From contig LSRY02000012.1 in NCBI GenBank assembly GCA_001643675.2, positions 1,302,001-1,366,000 of the forward strand: 64,000 nt of DNA. Reading direction: 5' to 3'. The notes under the pieces are model-generated. The model did not search any database and was not told where the DNA came from. It worked only from the letters and a program-made list of their open reading frames with translations. This stretch comes from Monocercomonoides exilis PA203. Lineage: Eukaryota > Protista > Preaxostyla. Positions 51,813 to 64,000 of the stretch are shown here, one piece after another. The position numbers were made by a program, and so were the translations under genes. Numbering within the stretch: the stretch's first letter is position 1; the number at the start of each line of letters is the position of its first letter.

Positions 51813-52457
51813 CCTAAATTTGAAAAAATCCACTAAAAAGATCAATAAAAGCCATACAACAAAATTATGTAATTGACTATCCAAAAAGTCATTTTCATTC
51901 AGAAAATTCAAATATTTGTTGAAGAATCAGAAATAATTATTTCTGTATTATTTAATAAATTAAATCCCTCACTATTTTTCAAATAATAAAGCAAAGCCAT
52001 TTGAGGATAAAAGTGAAGTGAAATCTGTAATTCAGATGCTCAATGAAAAAATGAAAATATGTAAGTATATAATAAATAAATGAATTGATAATGAAACAAA
52101 ATCAAACAATTTGAAACTCAATAATATGAAGAACAGTGATAAATCACACATAAACACAGAAAAACATAAGTTATAAATGAATTAATAATTCAAGCAGAAC
52201 GAAAAATAAATCGCATAATATAAAAAGGTTATGCCAAAAGCAGTAAATATTTATTCAATACATAGACAATGCCTTCAAAAGCAAATAACAACAAAAAATG
52301 AAACAAAATGTGAAAAGCTTTTTGAATTTTCATAGCTTTCAGAGATGATTACATAATTAACATTTTAAAAATTGAATAAAAAACTTTAAAACAATTTTGA
52401 TTGTGTTTGTTTTTTTCAATTTGATTGAGGCGATTTCAAAGTCGTGTGAGTTAATGA

Positions 52458-55400
52458 CTAGTTTTTTGAAGAATACAATTGAGCAAAATGAGAGTGAAGA
52501 GGAGATTTTGAATCCAATTGAGAAGCATGCACTTGATCAGATGAATTACGAGATGAATGTGGAGAAGAATCAGAAGGCGTCTTCTGATAACGCAAAGTTG
52601 CTGAAGACGCTCCACGAGGGCTGTAAGAGTGATAAGAAGAAGACGAAGAAGAAGAGATTGATGCTTCTGATGAGGAAATCAGAGGACGAGCAGAAATAAC
52701 ACGTCTTTGCTCAGACAAAAGAGGCTTATTTAACTTTCTTTGTGGTGAAAGCTCTTTTCTTTCAGGGACTTGATCGCAGAGAGAAACAACAAACATATCT
52801 GGTGATGCGAAAGAGGGCTTCCCTTCTTTTATATTCTCAGCAATTGAAGGAATCGGAGAAGGCAGGTGATTGAAAACAGTCGTAACAACAGAAGGCTCAA
52901 CCGTTGCTGGTCTGATATTCGAACGTGAAATATCATTTTTGGGGAATGAGCTGTCGGTGTGTTGTATCCGATAGGAATGTGAAGTAGCATTATTTCTTGC
53001 AAAGAACGGCTTGCTTTTGTATTCCAATGGTGATGACGAGTTGTAATCAGATGTCAAAATGGAAATTATGTTTGCTTTTGTAATCAAGCCAGTTTTGCGT
53101 TTTAAAGAACCAGCTGACTGCTTTGATGGCAGATGACGAGGAGTGTGCAAAACAGAGGAATCATTCTCAACAACAGCACTGGTAGGATTGTCTTTTCTAT
53201 TTCTCGCATTCTGCGGTTGAGTTTTTGAACTAAAAGTATCATTAAACATAACCGATTGAACTTTCAGTAAAGAGGGTGCTGTGAAGTGCGACATTCTTGG
53301 TACAGCTGGCGGTGATAGTTTCGGATCAATCAATACTTCATTTTGCTGTTTGTGTTCAGTTTTAATATTTTCTTGCAATGTTGTGCTTGGTCTTTCTTGG
53401 AGCTCATGCACCTGCTCCATCGCATTCTTTCTGTCGGCTGATGAAGCATTCTCATGATTAGCTTCTGTAAATGAACGTGAAGATGAAGAAGTTCCGCTAT
53501 GCCAGCGTGAACGTATTGGAGAAGTGTGGACTTGCTTTGTTCCGGAATTGTTAGAATGCAATTTTTGATTTTGAAGATCAAATGGAATGATAAACAAATC
53601 ATCATCGCTTCCAATGGAAGAATTCAGGTCTGTCAAAGTTTTGTTGATTCCGAGTTCTGCTGAAAAACAGTCTTTTTCTTTACGATGATACCTGATCACA
53701 TTGGAACCGCTGATATCTTTTGTCTTTTTCGGGCTTCCTGCTTCAGTTTCATTCGAAGTCTGATCATTTGACTCTTTTGTTTGACTAAATTGTGTTGTTT
53801 GAGGCTGCTCAGATGATGGATGATGAACGGCTCGAATGTTAATCGTTCCCACGCTGAATGTCTTATTGCGACAAAGTCGAGTACTAAGTTTGTTTTGCGG
53901 AGAATGTTGTGGAGATGATGATGAAAATGCTGAATATTTGTGCTTTTCCAAAGTTGATTGTAATGTTCTTTCAGTTATCGCAGAATTCTCAAGAGCATCA
54001 TCGGAAGTTAAGTCGATGCGATTGGAAGAAGATAATTGAGACGGAAAAAGTTTCTTTTCAAAATTGCGACTTGAAGGAATCTGATTCCTTTGGTCTTCAT
54101 TCTGCAGAGAAAGATTATGTTTTGAAGATGTTTCAATTCCTGATGCTGTTTTTGAAATGTCAATAAACTTGGTATCTTCTTCGTCTTGATGGTTGACTTT
54201 ATCTTCGTCTTCACTGTGCATCTCTCTCCAGTTTCTTGCATCATCAACAATTGTCTGTGACTCAAATGTGTTTAGATGATGAAACACATTCATAACTTCA
54301 TTGTCATTTCCATTCTTAGAATAGCCTTTATAGCTCAATTCTTCATCAATTCGTCGTTTCACTTCAACAATTTTCCCAACCTCTCTTCGAGTAGAATGCA
54401 CAATTTTTCGAGGAGTTATCAGCATTCCTCTCTTTCTTTCTGTTAACGCTGAATCCATCCAAAAAGAATCATTTGCTTCGCACTTCATCCCATTCAATGG
54501 CAATGATTTTAATGCCAAAGGTGAAGAAAATTTGCATGAAGAAGGTTTTGCAGAAGTGCAAGTGCTGAATGGCGAGGGCTGTTCCTGTTTAGCAAACCGA
54601 GAAGCCAGTGACTTTTCTCTGCCAGTCATCCAACCATCTCCCTCATACTCTCTTTCTGTGACAGGTGCAGTGCTGCAAATGCGGTCAAATGAAGAAGAAG
54701 AATCAGCCTCTTCAAAAACAGATGGAAGTTGGAATGCATTTTTGTGAGAGGAAGTGTTGCTGTGTTGTGAATGAAAAGGAAAATGCGAAGTTGTTTGGTT
54801 TTTTCTCTTTGAATTCACAGGAATCAACGTGGTTATTGTGGCTGCAACAACAGATGAGAGTGTTTTCAAAGTTGGTCTGTGATGCAAAGATGGATTTGAA
54901 TGCAAATGTGTTGATAAAATAATTGTGTCTGTTTGATGAGACGCATAATTATTTGCTATTTTGTAAGACGAGTTTGAAGCGACAGCAGATTTGTTTGTAT
55001 TCTCGTCTGTCATCGCACACTCTGCTTTTGGCAAATGATTGTGCAAGTCCATTTTTTGTGGGATGAATGGAAGAGTCTGAGAAGTGCAGGGAATCGGCTG
55101 CTGAAATGAAACAACGAAATTGTTTGATGCTTCTGTTGTTCCATTTGTTTGAGGTGCGTCCCCATTTGAGACTGAGTTTTGCGATGCTGGCGTTCTTGGA
55201 GACAATTCTGGAATGCAAAAGGAAGAACTTGAAAGGAGCTTTAGTAGTGGAGGTTTTAAATTTGGATTATCTTCTGATTGAATGGGAAAAGATGCTGTCG
55301 ATTTTGGGAAAGGAGTATTAGACAGTTCAGAAAAGTTTACTCCAGAAGAAGAAATTGTGTCTGACAAATTAAGCAAATTATTGTTTTTTATTGAATCACC

Positions 55401-58400
55401 ATTTATAGGCACAACGGAAGAAACAGCTTTGTATGTTTCTCCGTCTGCTGGCAGCTTTGCTTTCTTGCTAACATCTTGTCCATTTGAAAATTCTGCATTT
55501 ATCTCTTTGGTGTTTGTCCTTTCCGAATATGCACCATTTCTTTCTTCTTTTTGTTCAGTATTCTGTTTCTCTTCGTTCTCCACAGACTTTCTAACTCCTC
55601 TTCCACCTCTCTTCCACACGCTCTTGCTTTCATCTTCTTGTCTGCCAAAGTCTGCATCCCAATCAATCCCATCATCGAACCACCCTTTCCCATGTGTGTA
55701 ATTCGTGTCTGGTGAAATTGGTATGCTGTGCGAATTCCCTTCGCTCTCAAAACAAAGACTCGAATCATCGTCAAATGTGTCAATAGAGCTGAGTGGCATC
55801 TCCTCCTCCGAACGATACGAAGATGTTTGATTGCCAAAGGAAAGAGTCTCCATCGGTGAGCGTGCTTTGGTCTTTGGAGAAAGCAAAGGTTTGAATGAGT
55901 TTGGCTGAAAAAAGTGTTGAATAGAACCATACTGAGGGCATGTGGGAAGTCGTGTGAGATGTGGCGCTTGAGCAGCAGGATGGTTGGAATCAGATGAATA
56001 ATTGATGTTGATGATGTTGTTGCTGTTGCTGGCAATCGTTTCCAGTGCAGGTATTTGTGGAGCAGAGACAGAACGCGGATGAAATTCGGTCTCAGCATCA
56101 TTGTTTTGTTCCAACAAAGTTTCAGTTTGTTCGGAAGAAGTTGTTGTTTTCAGTGTGGAAAAGGCAGACTCTTCTGATGAGATGTCTTGCATGTTAGTGG
56201 CAGTTGTAGAAAGCGTAGCCATCGGAGTTGATTCAGCGTATGAAGCGTCAGTTAAAGTTGAATTAAGAGTCGTGTTTGAAGTGAAGGTGGAGAACGGATT
56301 GTGTGTGGTTGTATCATTGGATGATGTGGATGAAGTGAAGAAGGCAGAGTTTGATGAACTGGATGTCTGCAAAGTGAGTGTGTTCATCGCCGTGTTTGAA
56401 TTCGAAGATTTAGTTGAAGGTAAAGTGGAAGTGACTGTTTGATTGGTGGATTGAATCGCTTTCTGCTTGGTATCGGTGTCGTGTGAAGCACTGCCAGACT
56501 CAACAAAATCAGCTGGATTTGGTTCGATGTCTGTATGAGTGTGATCTTTGCCTTCTGTTGCTCCGATTTGTTTGTTGATGAAATCTCTTGTTTCGTGTGA
56601 GACTGAATCAAGATGTCTAAAACTAGTCGAGTTGGACAGCAGCTTGACTTCGCTCTTTTCCTGCTCTCTTTTGTGAGTATTGAAGTTCACTGCAGAAACC
56701 GCCCTTTCGTTCTGTTTGGGTTTCTCATTGTTTTGCGAGTCTTTTGCTGATCCGCCCATCAGCTTTGCTCGAATGTCTCTGAGCTGCTTTTTCATCTTCA
56801 TTTGAATAGACACCATCTGCCTGAAGGAGAGAAGCGGCGTTACAGAAGAACTGATCTCTTTCTCAGAGACAGTAATCTTCTCTTGAAGGGACTCCGGCTG
56901 GCAAAGCGGAAATGTTCCGTGCTGTGTAATCCAATCATGATCCTTTTGGTGGATTTTTCAATTGAAAAAGAAATGTTATTAATTTGTATGAAATATCATA
57001 TAAAATGTGATTAAAAAGGGAAATAAAAATTGAATGTTTAAAAATGCATGCCATAATTTCCTTTATTGCAATTCTCTTATCAGGGTTCTTTTCTAACAAT
57101 CTCCTCAGCAGATCCTTCACTTCTTTGCTGAGATTACAGGCTCTTTCTTTGTCTTGCGCCACTATCATTTTCAGTTTCTTGTCAAAGCTGTCTGAAAGCA
57201 TCCTTCCTGGCATTGCTTCTTCTTCATTTTCAGAAGAAATTGGTCTGTCGGGCAAATTGTTAGATGAAATGTGACTTGCATTCTCAACCATTTCGTTATC
57301 TTCAATGCATTCGATTCTTTCTTCTCTGATGGCTTTGTATGTTTCAGCAATAGTCTTCCGCACAAAAGGCGGATGTCCAAACAAGAAATGGAAAAGCAGC
57401 ACGCCCAACGACCAGATGTCGTGCTTCGCTGCAACGTAGCCCTCTTGAAGAGGAGGAACTTCATGAATACACAATTATTTCAGTTGTTTTTTTTCAAAAT
57501 TTATAAAAAATATAAAAATAAAATTAAATAAACAAAGAAAGACATGTAAAAAGGGTGTTCAAACAAAAGTCAGCAAAGTTCAAAATAAGGAAAATAAACT
57601 CAGAAGCAAAAACCTTGAATAGCTTCCGGTGGAATGTATGCAGGAGTTCCTCGGATTTCTTTAATTCTATAATTTGCATCGGGATAGAGAAGCGAAACCC
57701 CAAAATCACTTCGTATTTTATTTCAATATGTTTGCAATTGTGATTCAAAAAAATATTTATTCAATATTTTCCAGCGGTAAATTAAATAATGAATTAATGC
57801 TAAAATCATAAAATTGAATATCGAACCAGATCTTGCAATTTCCCTCATGATCAAGCAAAATATTGTCTGGCTTAATATCGTGATGAACAATGTTATATGT
57901 GTGTACTTTTACAATTGTTAATTTTTAAATATCCATGTTGAAATTGAAATAATATGAAAATAACATCAAACAATAATCAATTCCAAGAAGAATTTGTCGC
58001 ATATACTTTCGAGCTGTTTCCTCTGATAATGGTGGCTGACCATCAATGTAGCATGGCCCACGAGGCAAATATTCAACCACTTTGATATCAATTAAATTAA
58101 AATATTAAATTCAATTTGCAGAATCTCATACCCATGTACAATTTCTTTTGTTTTGAATTATCGATAACTTCATTCAATTTCATAATATTTGGATGGTTCG
58201 TTTTTTTCATAATCGCTATTTCTTTGTTTGTGCCTGAGAAAAAAAAAACTGAAACAAAAATAAAAATGAATAAATAACTTGGTTCATTTCCGCATTGACG
58301 ATGATGCCCAAGCATCTTTTTTGCAACTTTCTTTACAATTTTTAGAGCATATACAACTTCAGGAAACGATTTGTCATAGCACAACTTAACCTTTCCATAG

Positions 58401-58552
58401 GAGCCAAGGCCAAGTATTTTTCCAACAACATATTGATTTAGCACTTTCATTCCGGTTTGTTCATCTTTTGCCGTGCATAATGAATCGGTCTCTTTCACAG
58501 ATACATTGTCGAATGATATCAGCGTATTTTCAGTCGAAGATTTCGAAATCAT
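52458..58552 (-). CDS. CaMKK-like Ser/Thr kinase with a ~1450-aa low-complexity C-terminal tail
   Basis: LNQYVVGKILGLGSYGKVKL, YALK, KEIAIMKK..HPNI, HHDIKPDN, KICDFG, GTPAYIPPE, DIWSLGV, LLEKNPDKRI. Confidence 0.85.
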
Positions 58553-58729
58553 TACATCAAATTAATGAGATAATTATTGTGGTTAATAATTATTTAGTAT
58601 TTTCTATCTAAAATGTTATTATTATAATAAAGCGCAAAGTTCTTGTAAAAATTTTAACATCCCAAAGAAAAGAAACCATAACAATTTATAGTGTTGCTAA
58701 AAGTTATTTTTTAAGTGCTTGTTTGAGTT

Positions 58730-61700
58730 ATGTTTAGCTTAGTTGGGAATTCTGGAAGCATATCTAAAATGCAAAAGGAATTGGACGAATTAGATTCTAA
58801 GCTTTCGGATTTGCTTAAAAAAAAAGAAAAGATGGAAAAAGATATTCAAATTCAGTATTCTAAAGTAATATCCAAACTTGCGGACAAAGCATCGAAAAGT
58901 CACACTTTTGAGTCATACATGAATTTTGTTATTGGAACATTTCAAAAAAGATTTGATATTTTATTATCTCACAGAAGTTTTTATCCTCACATCTATGGAA
59001 AAAGAGATGAAATCCAAAACCTTATAAACAAAATGCATGATCTAGATCAAAATGCAGTCATTCGAGCAAAAGCGTATTTTAGTCACATTGATAACATGAA
59101 AGAAAAAGGTTTTTTAGACTATGCATCAGATCGTTGTTTTGGATGTTTAAACCCTCTTACAAATGAAACACGAATAAGATCTCTCGAAGGGGAAAGAATT
59201 CTTGTTTGTGAAAAGTGCTACAACATTTTTAGCTCTATACCTTGCTTGCAGAAATTATGCATGAAAAATCATCTTCAAGTAATTGAGGAATCAGATTCAA
59301 CGCATATCATTGGAAAAATATCTGTAAAAAATATTCCTGATCTTTTTTATGACATTTCAAAAAGTTATAGATATCGTCCATTTCTTGGATTCAGAAGAAA
59401 AGATCAAGATGGAAAATTATCAGCATATACAGAGTGGATGAGCTACGGTTCCGTGTATGCTTGGTGCAGAGAATTTGTGAAACAAAGTTCCGAGACAATA
59501 ATACCGTCTGCTCCTTGTATTGTTGGTGTTTGTGTTCCTTTGAGGATCCAATTTCATATTGTGGAATTCTCTTTGATTTTGATGAGGAAAACTGTAGTTT
59601 ATCTTCCTCATTATGAAGAAAAGAAAACAATCAAGTTAATGATTGAGCGCTCTGGAGTATCGTTGATACTAAATACCAAAGAGACAAAACATCTTGTTGA
59701 AGATCTTGGATGTGAATGCAAAGATATTACACATCTTTTGTTTTCCACAAACGAAGAAGACTATTCCTCAGCTGCATCAGAGCCAAAATATCAGCCGCTC
59801 ATTGATCGCACTGAAGCAAAATATAATCCTTTGAAACTTCCTAAGTCGTTTAAGCCCTTATCACCATCTGAGTATGTAATTGCTTTGACGGGCACATCAG
59901 GAACAACGGGTATATCTGCCGTGTCAATGAAGTTCTTTTCGCATTATGAGGAGAAGTGGCTAAAGGAGATGAAACGTTTTGATCCTTTTATGCCAGGTAT
60001 CTATCTGTTCTTCTTCTCTCCCACTGGCGTGACAGAGCGTGACTTCATTTGGATTGTGGCATACAACGGAGGACGTATCTTTCTCAGCTCTAAACCTCCG
60101 CAACTCCTGGAAGACTTTCCTTTGGTTCGTCCAATGTCATTCTCAGCACCACCAACAATGTGGAAGTTGATGCTTGATGGATCGCTCCGTGCTGTGAGAA
60201 GTCGCAGTAATCAATTGCAAAAGAGCACAGAGAAAAACGAGGGAAATACAGAGGATGAATTTGATTCAGCAAGCAAAAAGACATCAGAAGAGAGTGTTTC
60301 TGGACATTCGTCCGAGCAGGAGAGCTTGCAAGCGGCAGATGAACAATATGAAGACCTTCCTGCTCCGTACGACACTCGTGTTCAGTTCCGCAAGCTTATT
60401 GGATCCCGAATGCTTCGTGCTGGAATCGGTGGGGCTGTTGCGTCGCGTTCGATTGTTCGGCGTTTGAGAGAAGAAGGGGGACTGACCATTCACGATATGT
60501 ACGGGACAACAGAACTGGGCACCATACTTATTGATGGCAAGCCAGACGCTGGTGTGATCGTCAAACTGCGAGATGAGAATTTAGGAGATTCTGATGAAAG
60601 TGACTCACAGAGCGATTCTTCAGAGCTGAACGAAGGCGAGTTGTGTGTGTTCCAGAAGGGCAAATGGGTGGGAACAGGGGATTTTGCACAGAAAGTGGGA
60701 ACAAATGAATATCAGATTGTGGGGCGTGTGGAGTCAATGGTCAAGGCAAGCACAGGAGAATGGATTGATACTCTTCTCATTGAAGAGATTGCAACAAACG
60801 TCGAAGACGTTGACAATGCCGTTGTATCTATTTCTCAGCAAGGCGTACTGTTTGTGCTGTGCAGCGTTCCTGGCTCCAAAGAAAAAAGCGTATCGAAACA
60901 GAAAGAAAACGAAGATGCAGCCAAAGAGGATAATGTTAAAGACGAATCATCTGGCAATGTGAGAGAAAAAGATGAATGCACTTCTGAGCAACAAGAAAAG
61001 AGCGATGAACATTCAAAAGAGTCAATGGGAAGTTGCCTTGAAAATGCCATACTGAAGAAGTTGAACGGACTGCTTGCTGAGAAAGGTGTAAAATCTGTTC
61101 ATCGACCTCAATTTGCAGTTATTGACCAAGACGAATGGAATGTGGACAATCATTGCCTGACGCCATCATTCAAAATAAGAAAGAGGTTTGTTATGAACAA
61201 GAACCAAGAAAAGATAAATAAAGCAGAAAAGAAAGCGCTTTCAGAAAGAGATCCTTCTTTAATGAATCAAAATGATGATGATGATGATGAATCTTATAGC
61301 AAAAATCCATACGACAGGAAACTGAAGATAGAGCAGGGTTTTGTCGAGAAACTGGAGCGTATTATTAACATAGATGCTCTTCATTCGCGCACCACATCTT
61401 CTTCCTCCTCCTCCTCTTCTTCTTCTTCAAGCACATTTTCTGTCCTTTCCACACCTTTATCTGCATTTGGTTTGGAGTCCATTGTTTTAGCGCAGGTGTA
61501 CTTTACAGTTGAGCAGGAATGCGAGCAAAGAATGATCCCGAACATATCACTAAGCTCGATGATGCAGATGTCACTCCACAACTTAGTTTCGTATGTCACT
61601 AATGGTGACACTGACTCGTTGAATGCTCTTTTTGAATGGGGGAAAAATGCATCTGAATCTGAGAAAGAACAGAAAATTACAGAAAATGACGAAAAGAAAG

Positions 61701-63241
61701 AGACTATAAGAACAGGTAGTTGTTCAAATGAATCGAATAATGAGTCACATTCAAGCGCAGATCCAACCGTTGCAATGAACAAACAAAATGAAAAAGAAAA
61801 GGATAATTCTGAAAGCCAGGAAAATAATGTTGATACGACCACGATAGAAAAGGAACCAAAAAGCGAATCAGAAAAACTTAACGAGAAAGTCAGTAATGAA
61901 ATAGATGATGAAGCAATATCAGAAATTGAGGAGTCTAACTCACTCGTCGATGTTGTCTGTGATGAAATAAAGAAATTGGACAAAAAATATGAGGATCTGC
62001 TTGCTCAGCAGGAAACAGCAATAAATTCTTCGCAAATGGCAGCCTGCGCTCCAGAACAAAGCATTCAAACGAATCTTTTATCAAAAGTTGCTGCGCAGTC
62101 GCTTTTCGTTACAGGAGAAGGAGGATTCATCGGACGTCATTTTGCTTCGATGATCAGAAATAAACATGGAGAAGTGATTTCTCGAATCAGATGGAATGGC
62201 GGAGGCATTGCAATGGATCGGGCAAAAGACACTTCAGAGCTGAAGGGGATTGTTCATATTGGATTTTCTGTTAATTTATTCAATCAATTTGACCAGTTAA
62301 AGCAAGAAAGCTTCCTGTTATTGGATTATTTGATTGAACTGTACAGCAAAATGGTTATGTCGCCAAAGAATACATCTTCTCTTCTTTCTGCATCTTCTTC
62401 TGCATCTTCTTATTCTCCATCAACAAATCGATCAACTATTCCATTCATATTTGTTTCATCTACGAGTGTGATTGATAATTCGCCAAATGATATATTCAAC
62501 AACCGTCTTGTCCCTCTGAAACCCAAAATAATGCCTCATTCTCCATATGGACTGTGCAAGATGATGTGTGAATACTCACTCTCTTCGTTTGTTAAAGCAC
62601 TGAATCAAAAAGCAGCATCACAAAGCACTGCTGACTCAGCACTTTCAATTGCCAGCAATGTGAGTGTGAAGGTGATCCGTCTTCCTGAAATAACATTCAA
62701 CAGACAGACGGGTGAAGGCAACGCAAACGATTGGATTGTTCGGCTGGCACTCGGATGCATTGCAGCGCGCTGTGTCCCAGTTGTGTGCCATTCCATTGAC
62801 ATATTGCCAGTTGATGTCGTTTGCGATTATATCGAGAAAACGATTGTGGATGTTCAAAACAAAGATGCGCAGAAAGAACAAGTGAATGAACATTCGGGTG
62901 CAAACGCTCAGTTCGAAGTGATCAATTTGCGGGGGCAGATCGTAAGCCTGACACCATTTCTTGTTGCGCTTCTGTCGCTTCTTCCTGTTTCTCTTCCGTT
63001 TGAGCTGGTTTCTCTGGGGGAGTTTGGAGTAATCATCAAAGATCGCCCAACAAATCCAGCATTTCCTTTGCTTCATACTATCCATTCGTTGGGCACCGTT
63101 GAAGATCTGCCTCAGTTTGATAACATTCCTCTTTCAAAGAGCTCATCTCCAACATCACTGTTAAACGAAGAGATGATGAAAAAACATGCCGCTTGGCTTT
63201 GGAAAATTTATCAAGAGCAAAAGAGTAAAAAATTGAATTGA
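58730..63241 (+). CDS. NRPS-like carboxylic-acid-reductase-type protein: N-terminal coiled coil + Cys4 motif, adenylation domain, carrier (T) domain, terminal NAD(P)H reductase; intronless
   Basis: A domain: TGTSGTTG, MYGTTELG, VGTGD, IVGRVESMVKASTGEWI, WNVDNHCLTPSFKIRK. T domain: FGLESI (~61466-61483). R domain: LFVTGEGGFIG, FVSSTSV, YGLCKMMCE, VIRLP, GEGNANDW..R, LPVDVV. Confidence 0.8.
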   Translation: MFSLVGNSGSISKMQKELDELDSKLSDLLKKKEKMEKDIQIQYSKVISKLADKASKSHTFESYMNFVIGTFQKRFDILLSHRSFYPHIYGKRDEIQNLINKMHDLDQNAVIRAKAYFSHIDNMKEKGFLDYASDRCFGCLNPLTNETRIRSLEGERILVCEKCYNIFSSIPCLQKLCMKNHLQVIEESDSTHIIGKISVKNIPDLFYDISKSYRYRPFLGFRRKDQDGKLSAYTEWMSYGSVYAWCREFVKQSSETIIPSAPCIVGVCVPLRIQFHIVEFSLILMRKTVVYLPHYEEKKTIKLMIERSGVSLILNTKETKHLVEDLGCECKDITHLLFSTNEEDYSSAASEPKYQPLIDRTEAKYNPLKLPKSFKPLSPSEYVIALTGTSGTTGISAVSMKFFSHYEEKWLKEMKRFDPFMPGIYLFFFSPTGVTERDFIWIVAYNGGRIFLSSKPPQLLEDFPLVRPMSFSAPPTMWKLMLDGSLRAVRSRSNQLQKSTEKNEGNTEDEFDSASKKTSEESVSGHSSEQESLQAADEQYEDLPAPYDTRVQFRKLIGSRMLRAGIGGAVASRSIVRRLREEGGLTIHDMYGTTELGTILIDGKPDAGVIVKLRDENLGDSDESDSQSDSSELNEGELCVFQKGKWVGTGDFAQKVGTNEYQIVGRVESMVKASTGEWIDTLLIEEIATNVEDVDNAVVSISQQGVLFVLCSVPGSKEKSVSKQKENEDAAKEDNVKDESSGNVREKDECTSEQQEKSDEHSKESMGSCLENAILKKLNGLLAEKGVKSVHRPQFAVIDQDEWNVDNHCLTPSFKIRKRFVMNKNQEKINKAEKKALSERDPSLMNQNDDDDDESYSKNPYDRKLKIEQGFVEKLERIINIDALHSRTTSSSSSSSSSSSSTFSVLSTPLSAFGLESIVLAQVYFTVEQECEQRMIPNISLSSMMQMSLHNLVSYVTNGDTDSLNALFEWGKNASESEKEQKITENDEKKETIRTGSCSNESNNESHSSADPTVAMNKQNEKEKDNSESQENNVDTTTIEKEPKSESEKLNEKVSNEIDDEAISEIEESNSLVDVVCDEIKKLDKKYEDLLAQQETAINSSQMAACAPEQSIQTNLLSKVAAQSLFVTGEGGFIGRHFASMIRNKHGEVISRIRWNGGGIAMDRAKDTSELKGIVHIGFSVNLFNQFDQLKQESFLLLDYLIELYSKMVMSPKNTSSLLSASSSASSYSPSTNRSTIPFIFVSSTSVIDNSPNDIFNNRLVPLKPKIMPHSPYGLCKMMCEYSLSSFVKALNQKAASQSTADSALSIASNVSVKVIRLPEITFNRQTGEGNANDWIVRLALGCIAARCVPVVCHSIDILPVDVVCDYIEKTIVDVQNKDAQKEQVNEHSGANAQFEVINLRGQIVSLTPFLVALLSLLPVSLPFELVSLGEFGVIIKDRPTNPAFPLLHTIHSLGTVEDLPQFDNIPLSKSSSPTSLLNEEMMKKHAAWLWKIYQEQKSKKLN

Positions 63242-64000
63242 TTTTCACAAATAAAATAAAAATTGTTATGTTTATTTAAAAAGATAATTAAAAGAAACTG
63301 TATAGAGGATTGTGTTTAAGCAAATTGTAATTGCTGTTCTTTTTTGTTCACTTTCATATTATCTTTGTCAAATTGCGCTTAAAAAATAAGCAATTTCGTG
63401 TGAATCGGAAATTATTCTTTTTTGCACAAAAAATAAACTTATCTATTGAAATAAGAATTGTAATTAGTTCGTTTTGATTCAATTTTCTGTTTCCGCTGAT
63501 TTTTACAATTCTTTTTGAATCGTGTTTTAGCTTCTATCAAACATTATTAGATGCTCATTAGTTGCCAGATTTTTCAAGTAAATGTTGAAAATTATCTGCA
63601 GCTTATGGAGCTCGAAATATTTTCATTTGCTTAGATTTTTCAGTTGTGAGGTTCAAGTGTCTTGTTGGAAATGTTTTTAATTTTGCGTTAAATGTATTTC
63701 ATTTTTAGTGCATCGAGGGATTAATTTGAAATTATAATTAATTTGAAAACACAAAAAGCACAAATTTCACACAATGTTTCTTTATCGAATAAATGAGCAA
63801 AGAAAACTTCATGGCAAGAACTACCTTCAGCAAAGAAAAAAGTAATTTAAAAACAGAAAAATGTTTGCAAGAAAAACAAAAATGCAAACAGACAAAAATC
63901 AAATTTTGAGGAAATAAAAAGAGAAAAATTCTTCACATCTTTTAACAATCACAAATAATATTCTATCAATTCTGGAAAAGCAGAGACAGTGAAAATGAAA

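Noticed and set aside
1-64000. tRNA, rRNA or snRNA genes
   Set aside because: None recognised by eye; a covariance-model scan would be needed to exclude them.

Overview
Eukaryotic, AT-rich, gene-dense genomic DNA with many short spliceosomal introns (GTTTG/GTATG...YAG) and the standard genetic code. PFOR, a Giardia-type transcarboxylase fusion, poly-Ser inserts and a member of a 'MTNTEKFS...EQKQKI.EMN' gene family point to an anaerobic metamonad, most likely the oxymonad Monocercomonoides (inference). Genes in order: 3' part of a CENP-C/Mif2-like cupin protein, RPS2, RPA12, PFOR head-to-head with a single-chain biotin transcarboxylase, a ~4.4 kb gene-free tract with a decayed repeat family, a stathmin-like repeat protein, a PDI/TMX-like thioredoxin, RPB6, ribophorin I, a TFIIIA-like zinc finger protein, NCKAP1/NAP1, a divergent adenylate kinase, TFIIA-gamma, histone H3, a family pseudogene, a DHHC acyltransferase, PP2C, a Rab32-like GTPase, a 1.9 kb foldback element, a TPR-less PP5-like phosphatase, a CaMKK-like kinase, and an intronless NRPS-like adenylation-thiolation-reductase (CAR-like) gene. 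The strongest leads are the PFOR/transcarboxylase pair, the CAR-like enzyme with an unusual N-terminal extension, and the foldback element with 820-bp inverted arms. Exon structures were derived by hand and no database searches were run.
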